Below are positions 49,401 through 62,773 of a DNA stretch of 64,000 bases, piece after piece. A program made the position numbers and the translations under genes. The DNA is taken from positions 704,074-768,073 of the forward strand of contig RHPI01000277.1 in assembly GCA_009103225.1 (NCBI GenBank), given 5' to 3'. Numbering within the stretch: position 1 is the stretch's first letter; each line of letters starts with the position of its first letter. The notes under the pieces are model-generated. The model did no database searches. It was given only the letters and a program-made list of their open reading frames with translations, and was not told the origin of the DNA. The DNA is from Chlorokybus atmophyticus. Its lineage: Eukaryota; Plantae; Mesostigma and Chlorokybus algae.

Positions 49401-52400
49401 AGCTTGCTGCCTCCCTTTGGTTTGTGGTGGTCGGTTTTGCGTTCCTTGACAGTCAAACGCAGGCTCTCGCTGACAAGCAATGCCCGACAGGTCTCTGCAG
49501 CCTTCAGCTGGGATGGTATCAACTTTGCCTCGACCGCGTAGCGCTTCGCCCCAGAGCTGCGTGGCACATGAGTGAGATGTGTGCGCGCGCGCGTGTATAC
49601 ATGCAGATCATCCGTGTCAGACATCTGTACTTGTGCTTACATGCATGTGCGTGTATGCGCGCGTGTGCATGCGCTTACAGATGCATACGCATGCGTGTGT
49701 GCACGAGTCTGTGTGTGGCACATACATGTAGGCACTACTATTCAGACTGGTCTCTCTACCTGTAGGCAAGGAGGTTCCTGAGTGCGCATCCGCAGACGGT
49801 GCGATCAGTGGCCAGGCGTGCCAGTGCACTCTCTTCTCCATCAGAACCCTGCTGCAGGTGCCGTGTCTTCGCGGACGCGAGGGCGCTGCGGCTGTGTAGC
49901 TCCACGTGCAATGCCAACAACCCCTCACACACCTGCGCAGCAGCCGACATCTCAACATGTTGCAAGCATCAACAGCTCTTCTACAGATTATGGCAACTCA
50001 CACAACTCACGCACATGCGCGCGCGCGCACACATCACTACCTTAGCTCCAGCATCGGAGCGTTTACTATCAGGGCTGTCGCCATTGTTTGAGGTAGCCTC
50101 ACCACTATGCAACACGGCCTTCGCTACGTCCACATCTTGCATGAGTGCGCCAACGAGCCGCGCACACGCCATCTTGACGGCATGCGGCGTGCTCGCTTCA
50201 GCACTCATCACGCGCGCAATATCACGCAACAATGCGGTTGGGAGCTTCCCACCATCTTCCCTCCCGTCCGCGACTTGCGCCACCAATCGATCGTTGCTCA
50301 GCAAATTGGCCGCTGCGCCCGCGAGCTTCTCGAGGGCGTACGCGCGGAGGAGTCGGGAAGTGGGGTTGAGGTGGGGTAGGGATTGGTTGGAGCACGCGCA
50401 GAAGGCGAGGCATAAGGCGCTGAGAGTGGGGAATGGAAGAGATGGATGCCATTCTTGCAGCTTGCCAAAGTGATGGAGAACAGCAGTCTGCCGAACAGTG
50501 AATGGTTGTTGTTGCTGTGCAGTTATGGTGTAGTCACAGGGGGGAAGTTGTCAGGCAAAGATGGGAGCACGGTCCCAAAGGTGCTTACCAAGTCTGCGAG
50601 GTTGCCCAATGTTGCACATCCATCTGCGCATGTGAGGAAAGCATCTGCACAAGGACTATGCATCAGCACCAAGGCAAGTCCTACCAACAGGCTGCAACAG
50701 CATGATGGAGGTCGCTGCTGCCTGTGCTGCGCATGATACCATTCGGTACATTTCATGCGTGCGTGCGCACGATGTGCGTGTGCGTCCTCATGTATATGCA
50801 AGCATGTGCACGCACATGCCTGCATGCACTCGTACATGCACTTGTGCATGTGTGCATGTGCGTACATGCGTGCGTGCGTGTGCTTGTGTGCATGTGTATT
50901 GCTGCAGTCGCATGAGCTACGCTTGTCACCGCACACCTGTTGTAGACCCCATCACTTCAACAATGTTCTTAAACGCCTTTGCATCCGCCAGCAGCTCCTT
51001 CCCCGCCTGCACATCCCTAACCACCGTGTGCAGCAGCATCGCCGACACCGCCCTCATAAACCCTTTGTCTCCACCTCCACCTCGCAATCCCGCCACCTGC
51101 TTCGCCAGTCGCGGCCAGAAGGCGTACCTCCTCATCAACTGCGCGGTGGAGAAGTCATCTGTTAGCTGAGATGTGTTGTTGAAGGAGCAGGCGGAGATGA
51201 GGAAGCGGAGGGATGAGGTGCGGACGGCGGAACACTCGATGGCGGGGGCGAGAATGGTCTGAACCATGATCTCGGCAACCTCGGGCCAGGCCTGTATGTA
51301 GTAAGGCATGCATCAGGTGTATGGTTGAAGCTGGAAACATGCGAGAAGTGCAGTACACACAGGCGCACAGCCACACACTGGCGCACACTGCACTTGTGTG
51401 TGACTGTGTGTGCCAGTGTGCATGCATGTAGTTGTGTTCGTGGGTACTTGTATGCGAGGTTGTACATGCACATGTGCGCGCATGAGTGTGCGCAGGCGTA
51501 TCAACATGCGAAAAATGCAGTACCAGCTTGCACATGTGTGCATGTGCAAGCCGTGTGTACTGCATACGTGCGTGCATGAGTGTGTGCACGTGCATGCGCC
51601 CATACGCGCTTGTGTGCGTGTGTACATGAATATGCATGCATCTGTACATGCACGAGTGTGTACACGCGTTCTTACAACCACTCACTCGCGCTTTGTGTCG
51701 TGCACAGAAGCACGTACGCAAGAGTACTTATCAGCACTCACCTGCGCAAGCATGCGCCGCGTCTCCTTGGCGCGCGGATCAGCCAGTTCAGCCACGATCC
51801 CCAAGGAAGCTGCGCGGATAGTGGACTCCGGGTCGCGGGCGAGGCGTGCCAACCAGAATGTTGTTGCACCTGCTGCCGCCCAGGGAGCCTGCCAGGTGGC
51901 GGGGGGCAGGGTAGACACCGCGGTGCGAATAAATGTCATCGCCTGAGGGAGGGAGATAATGTTTGTGTATGTTGCGTGCGTGTGTATGCGCATGTGCGTG
52001 CGCGCATAAGAATGGCTGTTCATGCGTATGCGTGTATAACAGGTAACATTTGTTATTGGCGTGTATGGCTAAGTGTGTGTGTGTGCATTCGTGCGTGACT
52101 GCATGTGCGTCCGCGTGCGCGCATTCGTGCATGCGTACACTTCTGAGCAAAGCAATGGAGAGTTTGAAGCTCAGCTAACTTGTGTACCTCCCGCAACACC
52201 CCTCTGCCACGGCACACCCACGCCGCCTCGTCCTTGACCCGCATGCTCGCAATGACGATCCCGATGACGGGCGTGACGAGCGCCCCCAGCGCGACGATAA
52301 GGCCCTCTGCCTGCGCGCGGGGCTTGCGCATGGCAGCCGAGCGAACGAGGGCGATGAGGACTTGCAAGATCGAATGGAGGTGTGGAGATGGGGAGGAGGA

Positions 52401-55400
52401 GGATAGGTGGGTGGTTAGAACGTTGACTAAAGACGGTTCCTGCGCGTATAGGATATGTTGTAGCACAAGGTAAGGTGAGTGATCTTTAAGCTTACGTCGT
52501 GTTTGCGCGCGAAGCAGTACTGACATACTTGCAGTGACATGGATAACAGATCGACTTCAAGACTGCCTTCTTCTATTTTCCCCATGATGCACCTCACTAA
52601 CACCAGTGCTTGCTGCGTGAGCACGCCGCCCTTGCCGACAGCTGCACACAATCACACCGCAAAGGGATCAATGTGTGTATGGCATGGACGGCATGCTTGT
52701 TACACAAAGTGTTTACCATCTGGCAGGGCTGGCAGAACAACATTGAGAACGGCCGCGAGGTGTGCGTGTTGAGGGTTGCCGGCGTCGATCACGATGGACA
52801 GTAAGGCAAACGCCTGCGACAATTGAGGTTCAGTTGTGACACACGCACGCACACACGCACGCGCGCACGCGCGCACGCACGCACTTATCTACATTCCAGT
52901 CCAGACCTCGGGCAATAGGACTTGAGTATCGTCGTTGTCACCGCTGCCGGGCTGCATGGATAGGCAACATTGGAGCGCCTGCCGCCAGTCTGATGATTCC
53001 ATCAACAGGACTGGCACCCACTGCTAACAAACAACACGACAACCACAATCAGGACTTTACACAACCTGCGTACTTGCTACACAAGCATCAGCCTCTCTCA
53101 GCAAACAACTCAGCTTTTCATTGCGACACTCACCTCAGGAAACTGTGCCAAGCGCGTGTGCAGCAGACGAGCAGCCGCAACGCGATCAGAGCCGCTCTGC
53201 CCATGCCAGAAACACAATATGTGAGTCGATAACAAGCACACCACAGAAACATCATCATCGCACACAGTAATTTCGCATTTCCCTCACCTTGGCTGCGCGA
53301 ATGCAATCAAGGCCATCTGCTACTGCCATGGGCGCGTATATCTGGCGTAGTGCCCCGTACAAAGCCATGCAGCCGGCCTCCTCAAGCCGCTGCAGTACAG
53401 CTGGCATGCCATCTGTGATCACACATTTGCATGAGAGACAACAGCCATGAGAGCACGTGTGCGTGAGAAAGTTACTCACCATGCAGCTGCTCCCGTGCGT
53501 CCAACAAGCTCTTGACACTCAACGTGTTGCCCACATCATCATCCTCAAGCGCAGCATCAACGACAACAACAGCTCGGCAGTCGGAAGGGAATCTGTAACA
53601 CGCTGCAAACGGCGCGGGCACGAGCAACATCATCTCCTTCACAGCCTTCTTCGAGGCTGCTGTGTTGTTTACAGACTCCTCAAGCCCCGTAAACAACACG
53701 CGCGCCAGCAGAGTGGCCACAGCTTGTCTCACGCCTTCGCTCGGATGCACAATCAGCGGCAGCCACGGTTCAACCCCACTCTCACACACGTCCACATTTC
53801 TTGCAACAAGCTGCTCCAACAACTTCACGCAGTCCATGTTGAGTTCTATACACTCTGATGTGTTGCCCCACGCTTCGCTCTGAGCCGCCCAACACGCCAG
53901 CTGTGATGTCAAACCCACAACGACGCTTTGCTTTATCGCACTATCTTCCATGTCCCGAGCGCATAGCGACAGCTGTTCAAGAGCCGAACGCCGTATGATG
54001 GCATCGGTCTCTTTCGACAAGAAAGTCCTGAGCATTGCAGGCACGTCGCGCTGGTCAATGATGCACGGATCGGTGATGTTGTTGGTGTTGTTGATGGAAG
54101 AGATGAGTGCATGGTTTGAGGCGGCTTCGCTCAGGCAGTGTCCGAATGGATCAGAGAGTTGGGTTCTCGTCCAGTCGATGATGGAAGCGTTCTCCAGTGC
54201 GTGCTCACGGGCCTGGACTATGAACGGGTACCTAGAGGTGTGCAGGTGTGTGTGTGTGTGTGTGCGCACGCGTGCGCGCGTGTGTACATGCATGTACACC
54301 TGTGCATATACATACCAGCATGCGCGCACGCATGTACGCATGCAGGCAGGCACAAGCTCTTGAACACTCGTAACACTCATATACATGCCAGCGTGTGTGT
54401 GCAACCCAGTGCGCAAACATGCATGTGAGCGTGCATGCTTGCGCGCGCATCTAAGAGTATGTATACGCGTGCACGTGTGTGTGGTAGTGTATGTGTACCT
54501 GGAACTGAGTTCCTGCATGGCATTCATCCGATGCACGCGGCTAGCTCGAAACAGCCCTCTTAGCATCGCGGCCATCCGGTGCCACGCCGTCACTGTCACT
54601 CCATCTCCGTCGGTCGACGTGCGCAACGCTCTCGTCAACAGCGCCGCCGACGCCGCGAGTGCGGGCGAGGAGAGTCTCCCGCCGTTGGCCAGAGCGCACT
54701 CGACCCACGGTAGCCAGTGAACCAGATCGCCCTTCGCGCGCGACTCGGATGGCGTGGACTCAACCACCCACAGGACCAGCTGTCCAGCAAGCTGTGTGCA
54801 CAATCCCTCAACAACTTTGTTACTAGGAGAACAATCTCATATCAACGGTTCTCATGCAACTGTGTGCAACAGTACGCACCATGCTGCACAACAGATGAGA
54901 GCAGGTGTATCATGTTGGGTTGACCACAGGTCTCAATAAAGCGCAAACATGGCACATACCAACATGATGGATACTACGTTCTGCAATGCACACAAACCAC
55001 AACTGCATTGCACCTACCAGCTGCGTATCAGCCTTCTGGATGCCACGCCGCAGCAGCTCGTGTGCTACTGGTGTGTCCGACAGCAGCACCACAAGCATGG
55101 GAAGCGCTGTTGCCTTTGTTAATACTCCTTCACTTTCTGTCACGTCCACCAGCACGCGATAGGCTGCCTTGCGGATATCCCTCGCCGGGCGCGATATCAA
55201 CTTGCGATACCAAGTGTATGTCAAAGCCAGTAGCGAAAAGAAGCCTGAATTAACACAAACCACACATGCTTCTCACCTGCAATGTTAGGCTTGCAACGGT
55301 GTTCACATTTGCGCTGCTTGCATTCTCATCAACGCCGGCGCTTGTCAACAACAGAGTCAGAGCCGTGTGCAACAACTTTGCGCACACGCCGGCGTCCTGA

Positions 55401-58400
55401 CTGTGCTGCACGTGTCCCGCGGCATCGGCCAGCAGGTTGAGTGCGTTCGCTCTGGCATCAATGTCATCAAAAGCAGCAGCATTTGATGCGGCGTCGAGTG
55501 CTCTTTGCACAATGTGCACAGCTCTGTGCGCCGCAAAGTACTCTGGCTTTGCATACTCCAGGTACGTGAGCACCTGCCAAACAGCAATTGTCACATGAGC
55601 AAAGAATGGGAAATTGTAGCAGACATATGCATATGCACATGTGCCCGCACACACGCACATACCCACACAACACGCACACGCACACGCGCATGCCCACGCC
55701 CACACCCATGCGCACGCGCATGCCCACGCCCACAACACATGCACAAACACATATGTTTCTGACCTTCGCTCTCAAACTTGGTACACAGCAGTGTACATAC
55801 TCATCCCCCGAATATCTCGCCATCATCTCCGCCAGCCCGTTCGGCATCAGCTGCGGTTGCGCGTAATAACTGACTGGCACTTCCTCCAACAGTCGGGCTG
55901 CCAACAGCAGCACTGCCAGCACGCTCGGCGGCGGAGGCACACTGAGCACAGAGATGTTGTCTTTGTCTGACGAAGTGGATTCTGGAGTGTTGGCGCCGGA
56001 AAGGAAGTGGACTGCCTGGCTGATGGCGCTGTAGTATGCCGCCAGTCGCACTGTGGTCTACGCACACAACAGACATTTGCATCAGTTTCGGCTCAACTCT
56101 TGTCACATGCAAGACACTGTACCATGCAGTCTGCCATGGCAGTGTAGCACACTTCTATCATGCACGGCACTAGTTCATGCGCGCTTGTGTGCCTGCCCAC
56201 ATGCGTGTGTGTGCGCGCGCATGTGCGCTGACGCACTATGCTAGAGTGCATGTTGTACTGAGCTACGCTAGCGCACACACACGCGTGCGCGCACACGTAT
56301 GCTAAGCTACTTTAGGCAACTCTACAGGAGAGTGTAGCGTGAGCTTGCGTGCACCTACTACCGACCCACAAACCTCTATACACAGCTTGCGATGACGTAT
56401 GCACATCCTATCTGTCACACGACATACCTGGCTGCACGGTTCCGCAGTATGTTCCGTGACCGCCAGGTACCTTACCAGTCCCTTCAGGACCGGTAAGACG
56501 TGCGCGTGCAGCCGCTCGAACCGCAGCGCTCTCAGCAAGTGCGTGAAGATCAGGTGCGCGACCGGAAGCACGCTGACATCGTTGTTGTGGTGTTTCCTTC
56601 TGGCGGGCGGGTAGCACATGTCTGGCGGGCGGTTGTACAGCGCGATGGAGGTGGAGTCGGTGTCGGAGGTGTCGGGGAGTGCGAAGGCAATGGAGTTTGC
56701 AAGCTTCTCGGCTTGCTGCCACAGGTATAATGCAACAAGTCGGTTTGCATGCACATGTTCGGTTGTATCACACGCATGTGAAGGTACACTTACTTGGATT
56801 TGTTCGAGTAGGTTTGTCAGCCCTTGCAATATGACTACATCCAGGCCGGATTCGCCTGATGTGTGAAGCATGGACAGGGCATGCTGCAAGGGACAGTCAG
56901 CGTAGTGCAAAGTTGAGTCAGTCAAGTTCCATGTTGCTGTGAGAACAAACAAAGAGGTTGTTTGCCTCAAGCAGTGCAGGATGCTGAATGAAGGCCTGAG
57001 GAGGGAAGTCGTAGACGGCAGTGTCCCGAAGCTCCTCTAGCGCAGGTCCGATGACCTTGATAGCGTTGCTCAGCTGCACCTTGACTGCAGGTTACAACAC
57101 TCTTCTCAAACAAACATGCGCATACGCATGCCTGTTAATGTACCCACATACCCACACATATGAGTGCAGTTGTGATCCATCAAGCTGTAGGCACACGCAT
57201 CAGACCGTGTCACGCACGCATCCCTATCTGATATACGCTTGTATACACATGTACACATAGACATGATGCATGTGCGCTACCCCACTTGAATCTTTTGTAT
57301 ACAAACACAAAAGATATCAAGCCATGGGGTCACGCACCGTTGAGTTCAAATAGGAACTGCTCGTCAGACTGACAAAGCTCCACAGCCGGAAGCACTTTTG
57401 CCTTCAGCTCTTCTTCTGCACGACATAACACAACCCTTTACGTCACAATCCACCCCAGGCCAAAGCTTCCTACACACTCTGCGATTGTCTCACCTGTGAA
57501 CACGCTGTCAAAGTGCGCCACTCGCAGCACGCTAGCATGATCGATGATGCGCGCAGTGACATCGGTTGGCGACGCTGCGCTTGCTTCGGGAATTGGTTCC
57601 TGTTGTGCCGCATGAAGCGATGTCAACGACGAGGTGTTGATACGCTGTGATGCGATGGGAAGGCTGTGCAGCAGAGGGGAAGAGGGCGCGACAGGTAATG
57701 GGTACTCCTCATGTGATCTCCCTGGGCGTATCCATATGAGTTGGCAAGCATGTGGGAAGCAATGCGTATGCGCACGAGACAAGGAAGAGTGTGTGCACGC
57801 GCATGTGTGTGCGCGTGCACACACGCATGCAAGCGCGTGCGTGCGTGTGCGTGTGCATGAGTGCATGCAGGTGCCTGCTATGGTGCTTATGTATAAACAC
57901 GGCTGTGCACGTGTGCCTGTCAATGCACACAAGCGCGTGCATGCACGTGTACACGCACGCACACGCACAACCACAACCACATGCTCACAGATTGGTTCAG
58001 CAGCAACACCTTCCCCCGCCCCAATCCACCCTCCATGATGCTGATCCAGCACATTATGGCCGTGCGCCGGGTGATGACGTTCACGCAGCAACGCGGCCAC
58101 GAAGCGGTCGACCAGCGGGTGCAGCGCGGGCGGGGAGTCGGCGCGTAGGTGGCGCATGAAGTCCACGGCGCCCATTTGCTGCAGCTGAACAGCGGCTGTG
58201 GGATCCTGAGAGGGGGTGGGGGATTAAGCCAATGCACGAAGTCACTTGCCTGATGCTCATGGTGTGTTGCAATCAAATGCACGTATGCGAGATAACGTCA
58301 TCACTTGGCTTTTGTCGAGCACGCTGATAAATGTAACAATGTGACAAGGCAGAGAGAGTGCCAAATTGAAAGAGGATATGTTCCATCGGTACAGTATGCA

Positions 58401-59347
58401 TGTGTGCGCGCGTGTCACGCACAGACATGCACGCACACGCACACAATGAACGCACGCACGCACCCACACAAGCTATCTCACGCCCCCGCACACCCACACA
58501 TCCACGACAAACCCCACCCCACCTCCGCTAGCGCGCACAGCAGCTCAAGCGCCTCCTCCCCTATCCCACTCGCCCTTTGCTCCTCATTCCCATCCTCCTC
58601 CTCGTGGTAGTTGAAGAAGCAGAGCAGGTTTCGCAACAGCTCCGTGCTTGCCGCCAATTGGGGGAGACTCACCAGCTGGTGAGACAGCTTGAGGCGGACG
58701 CTGCGGAGGGCGCGGTGGCGGACCTCCGCGAGCTCGTGGCCTGTGAGGGGGAGCAAGGGGTGATTGCTTTTCTTGCGGTTGAAGGTTATCATTGCAGTTG
58801 TTGCGAGGGTTTGCTGTGCATGCTTGATGTGTATGTGTAATTCTCCGTTTGCACACAGTACAGAAATTGTTGGGTTTCTTTCATGTACGCACCTAGCAGG
58901 TTGCGTGCACAACGACAAGTGCAATTATGCAACGCATGCAACAAGCACATTGCGCTAAGAAATGCGAGATGGCAGGTTGGATTGTATGTGCTGCTGAGTG
59001 CTTGCTTGCTTGTGGTCGCTGTGTACGCAGTAACAACAACATTGAATGCCATGAAGCAACTAGCCTTGCTCTTGTGTTTTAACCTGATTTTCAACATGCG
59101 ATGCTAAGTAAGTCCCCCACAAGACACATACTCATGTTTAGAAATCAGGAATTTTGCGTCACTCACCAAGTTTGGCAGCAAGAACCGCTACCGCTGCTCC
59201 CTCTCCTCCCCCTCCTCCTATAAACGCTAATCCTCCTCCTCCGCCTTCATATGAAGAGCGGAAGCGCCAAGAGTCTAGGGCTGGCTCAGGCGCAGCTGGC
59301 ATTACCGCCTCCTTCTCCTCCACCGCCGCCGCCGCCGCCGCCGCCAT
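46466..59347 (-). CDS. RTTN: Rotatin (centriole/basal-body armadillo-repeat protein), multi-exon
   Basis: N-terminal KLGHELAEVRHRALRSVRLKL..LLRNLLCFFN..EEALELL..GAVDFMRHLR and DFPPQAFIQHPALL match remembered RTTN_N motifs. C-terminal FFINVAGSPEGQ, LRNLCFAHENK and SALWALTYKGEKVKASL. Stop TGA at 46468-46466. Internal exons only partly traced. Confidence 0.85.
46893..47348. other. Assembly gap (N run)
   Basis: N run inside the penultimate region of RTTN, apparently intronic. Confidence 1.
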
Positions 59348-59753
59348 GGCCGTCACGGCAGCGGCAGTGCGCAGCAGCAGCAAGCGGCTTGCTGCAAGCC
59401 AGGCGAGGCACTTCTCTTTCTGGCGGGAAAACCCGTCAATGGGTTGTGTAGAGGCTTCCGTTGTTGAACATGTGTACATTTGGGAATGCATTCTTACAGC
59501 AAGCCCGTGGTTTACAAGGGGATGAATGTGGCAGGCACCTGTCTAGCAAACAAAGGGCGGCGGCGAGGAAGGCGGCGGGCATGGCCTTGTAGTCGGCCGT
59601 CGGCCTGGACGGATTACAGCCCCAATCCTGCGCAGAGCGTTAAGCTGGCGTCAATTCTGAGCCGTCAAGCTTCAATGTCAAACTCACAGCCTGAAGCCTG
59701 AAGCTTCGAGCTTGAAGCAGGGTTGCTGGTCCACCCAGCCCGCCCCCCGCCAA
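59348..59753. promoter_or_regulatory. Candidate bidirectional promoter (RTTN / PCID2)
   Basis: Divergent start codons ~400 bp apart. Confidence 0.5.
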
Positions 59754-62700
59754 ATGGCCAACCGCGCCGGGAAGTACCTGGCCCAAGTCGCCTCCGCGGT
59801 GGACTCCCTCGACGGCGCCTCCCTGGCGAGACTGCTGCGGGTCGATGGGGCCGAGAGCCGGGCGGCGCTGGCGGAAGCACTGCGGGTGAACCCAAAGGTA
59901 GGCATGCTGGGCTTGAACTTGTTGAACTGAAGCTTAGGGTTTGCATGTAGGGTTTGCAAATAAATCCAACAGCACGTCTCAATTAGGGAAGCTTCATAGG
60001 AGGTTGCGTAGTTGCGTAGGAGATCTATTGTGCAGTGTGTTGTTGTTGATATTGTGGTTGTCGTTATTGTGTTGTTGTTGATGTTCATTTGCAACTTCAA
60101 AGTACATAAACTCCAAATCTGCAGCCTTTACAAGGCTGCGCGGTTGGAGTTGGCCATTCATTGACTTCAACATCTTTTTTGTTGGTGTTGTTGTTTCATT
60201 ATTCTCCCCTTTGCAGTTGAACATCGCGTTGCTGTGCGAGCAACGTCTCCGCGAGCCTTACGACGAGATGTTGGCGTCTCACTGCCAGTGCCTCGTCGCG
60301 GTCGAGCAGCGACGTTACACCGAGGCGTACGCGGCGCTGGTGGCGTCCACGCAGTAAGGGCATGCAGCTCTGTTTATAGAGGCACTGTGCACAGGCAGTT
60401 GTGTGCGTGCGTGTGTGTCCCTTGCATGCAGTGCACATGCAACACAGTGCTGCACTCAAAGAATGCACAACATGCACAATGTGTACACTGTGTCAAAGCC
60501 GTATGCATGTGAACAGTGCATTCAGTGCATACAGCAGCATGCACAACATGCACAATGTGTACGATGTGTTGTAGGTAATATACATATTCATGCATTCAAT
60601 GCACACAATGCACACAACAGTATCACATGTGCATGCTTCAGGTCATACCACAAACCAGCAAGTCAGGTTGATACTCAGACCAAAACATGCGCATGTACAA
60701 CTATTAATTGGTACGATTACTATTTAGTACTTGCGCATGTAGCAGTCACAATCTGGTACTTAACTGTTGTCTCCACTGCAACTGCAGGGCTTTCCTCAAG
60801 GAGTTTCGGCAGACCGAAAGCGCGTACTGCATAAAGCCTTTGCATGCGCTCGTAGACGGCCTTCGCACAATTGCAGAAAAGGCACGCATGTGCTTCTGTG
60901 CAGCCACTTCCACTGTTGTATTGTGGACAAGGGTTAGGGTTAGGGTTTTGAATTGTGGACAAAACAACATCATTGGTTGGTTGTATGTGTTGTGGTCATC
61001 AGGCTGATGAGGAGCAAAGGACAGCTGGCAAGAAGGCCGAGAAGCTTACAGATGCGGGAAGCCAGCTCATGAAGTGCTTCTCCATGAGCTTGCAGGTGAA
61101 TCGTTATGCTGTGCGTAGGCACACGCACGTGTGTGTGTTGTTAACATGACACTGACGAAATGTACTTGCAGGCGCAACACAACAAGCAGAAGAAAATGGC
61201 CACCCTGCACATAGTCAATCAGCTTTTCAAGATCTACTTCAAGCTCAACACGCTGCGCCTGTGCAACAACCTCATCAAAGCTGTCGAGGCCCCGACGTTT
61301 GGCGACTTCAATGCATTTCCCATTGCGCAGAAGGTGATTCAGACGATGAGTGGTTACCAATTGATTTTATTTGAAGAACCATGTCCTTGCTACGAAAGCC
61401 CCTTGCAAACAGTGTAAAAACATCCGTTCGCAAGCATGTTGTCTCACGCATGCACGCCCACATGTGCACATAAATACACATAATCGCATACACACATACT
61501 GAGTGTAGTGTTGTAAGGCAACCACTCATTGTTTGTCACAATATCACTTCCTTTCTGTCTAACACTGCATATCATCTCCAGGTTACGTATAAGTTTTACG
61601 TGGGGCGGCTGTCCGTCTTCCACGACAACTACCCAAAAGCCAACGCGGAGTTGAGTTACGCCTTCCAGCGCTGCCACCGTCGCTCCCTGCGCAACAAGCG
61701 ACTGATTTTGCAATACCTGGTCCCCGTCAAGCTGCTGCTCGGCCAGCTGCCAAACTCGAGACTGCTGGCCAAATACAACCTGCCAGAAGTATGCCAACGG
61801 TACCTTACTACAGTGTATGCTTGTTGGTGTTGGATGTTGGGTTTGACTGTGTGGGGTCGAGTGGCCTGTTGGGTGGTATTCAACTTGTCATGGGTGCGTG
61901 CGTGTGTGATTTGCAGTATGAAGATGTGGCATCCGCTGTGAGGAATGGCAATGTCCGGCAGTTGAACACCACTCTCAATGACCAGCAACAAAGGTGTGTT
62001 TGTATTTGCGTATGCAAGCATGTGGCAAGGCACTCCCTCCTGCATATGTGCATCCTTCAGCAGCCACAAATCTGGCCCGTGTTTGACAGGTTCATTCGCA
62101 TAGGCACTTATCTCATCCTGGAGAGGCTGAAGTTTTCCGCCTACCGCACGCTGTTGAAAAAGATGTGAGCTTGTGGGTCTTTTGTGTATGCGGCTGTGTT
62201 GAGGTATCGTGTTGAGACATTGTGCTGAAGTTCTGTGTCGTTGCCTGCTTGCAGCTTTCTTATTCAGCAGCAGCGAGAGCCAGCCAAAGCTCACCAGCTG
62301 CACATATCGCTGTTTAAGAAGGCGCTTTCTTGGTTTGGGACCGATATGGACCTCGATGAGGCATGTTAACACCGTTGGTTCAATGCTGGCATGCATGCTT
62401 GTACACATGCACGCATGTGCATACATGTGCCTTCATGCACGTGCACGCGCGGGTCCGTGCGTATCCGTCCGTGCATGCGCGAAGGCACGCACGCAGAGAG
62501 AGAGACACACATGGGCATGCATGCATGCACGCACCCAAGCACGAATGGACACCCATAAACCTATGTGTGTGCACGCTTGCCCGCACACAAGCACCTCGAC
62601 TTCTGACCTATAGTTTTTTTTCTCGCTTGTTTGTGCAGATCGAGTGCATTCTGGCCAACCTGATCTACAAGAAGTACGTCAAGGGGTACATCTCGCACAA

Positions 62701-62773
62701 GAACCGCGTGGTCGTCCTGAGCAAGCAGCAGGCGTTTCCGGCGCTCTCGTCCGTTTCCCCCACAGACTCGTAG
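59754..62773 (+). CDS. PCID2: PCI domain-containing protein 2 (TREX-2 subunit, Thp1/EER5 orthologue), multi-exon
   Basis: [102 protein letters not shown]. Confidence 0.93.

Noticed and set aside
21358-62773. NUP210 and PCID2 (both nuclear-pore associated) in one window as a functional cluster
   Set aside because: They are ~27 kb apart with unrelated genes between; no evidence beyond coincidence.
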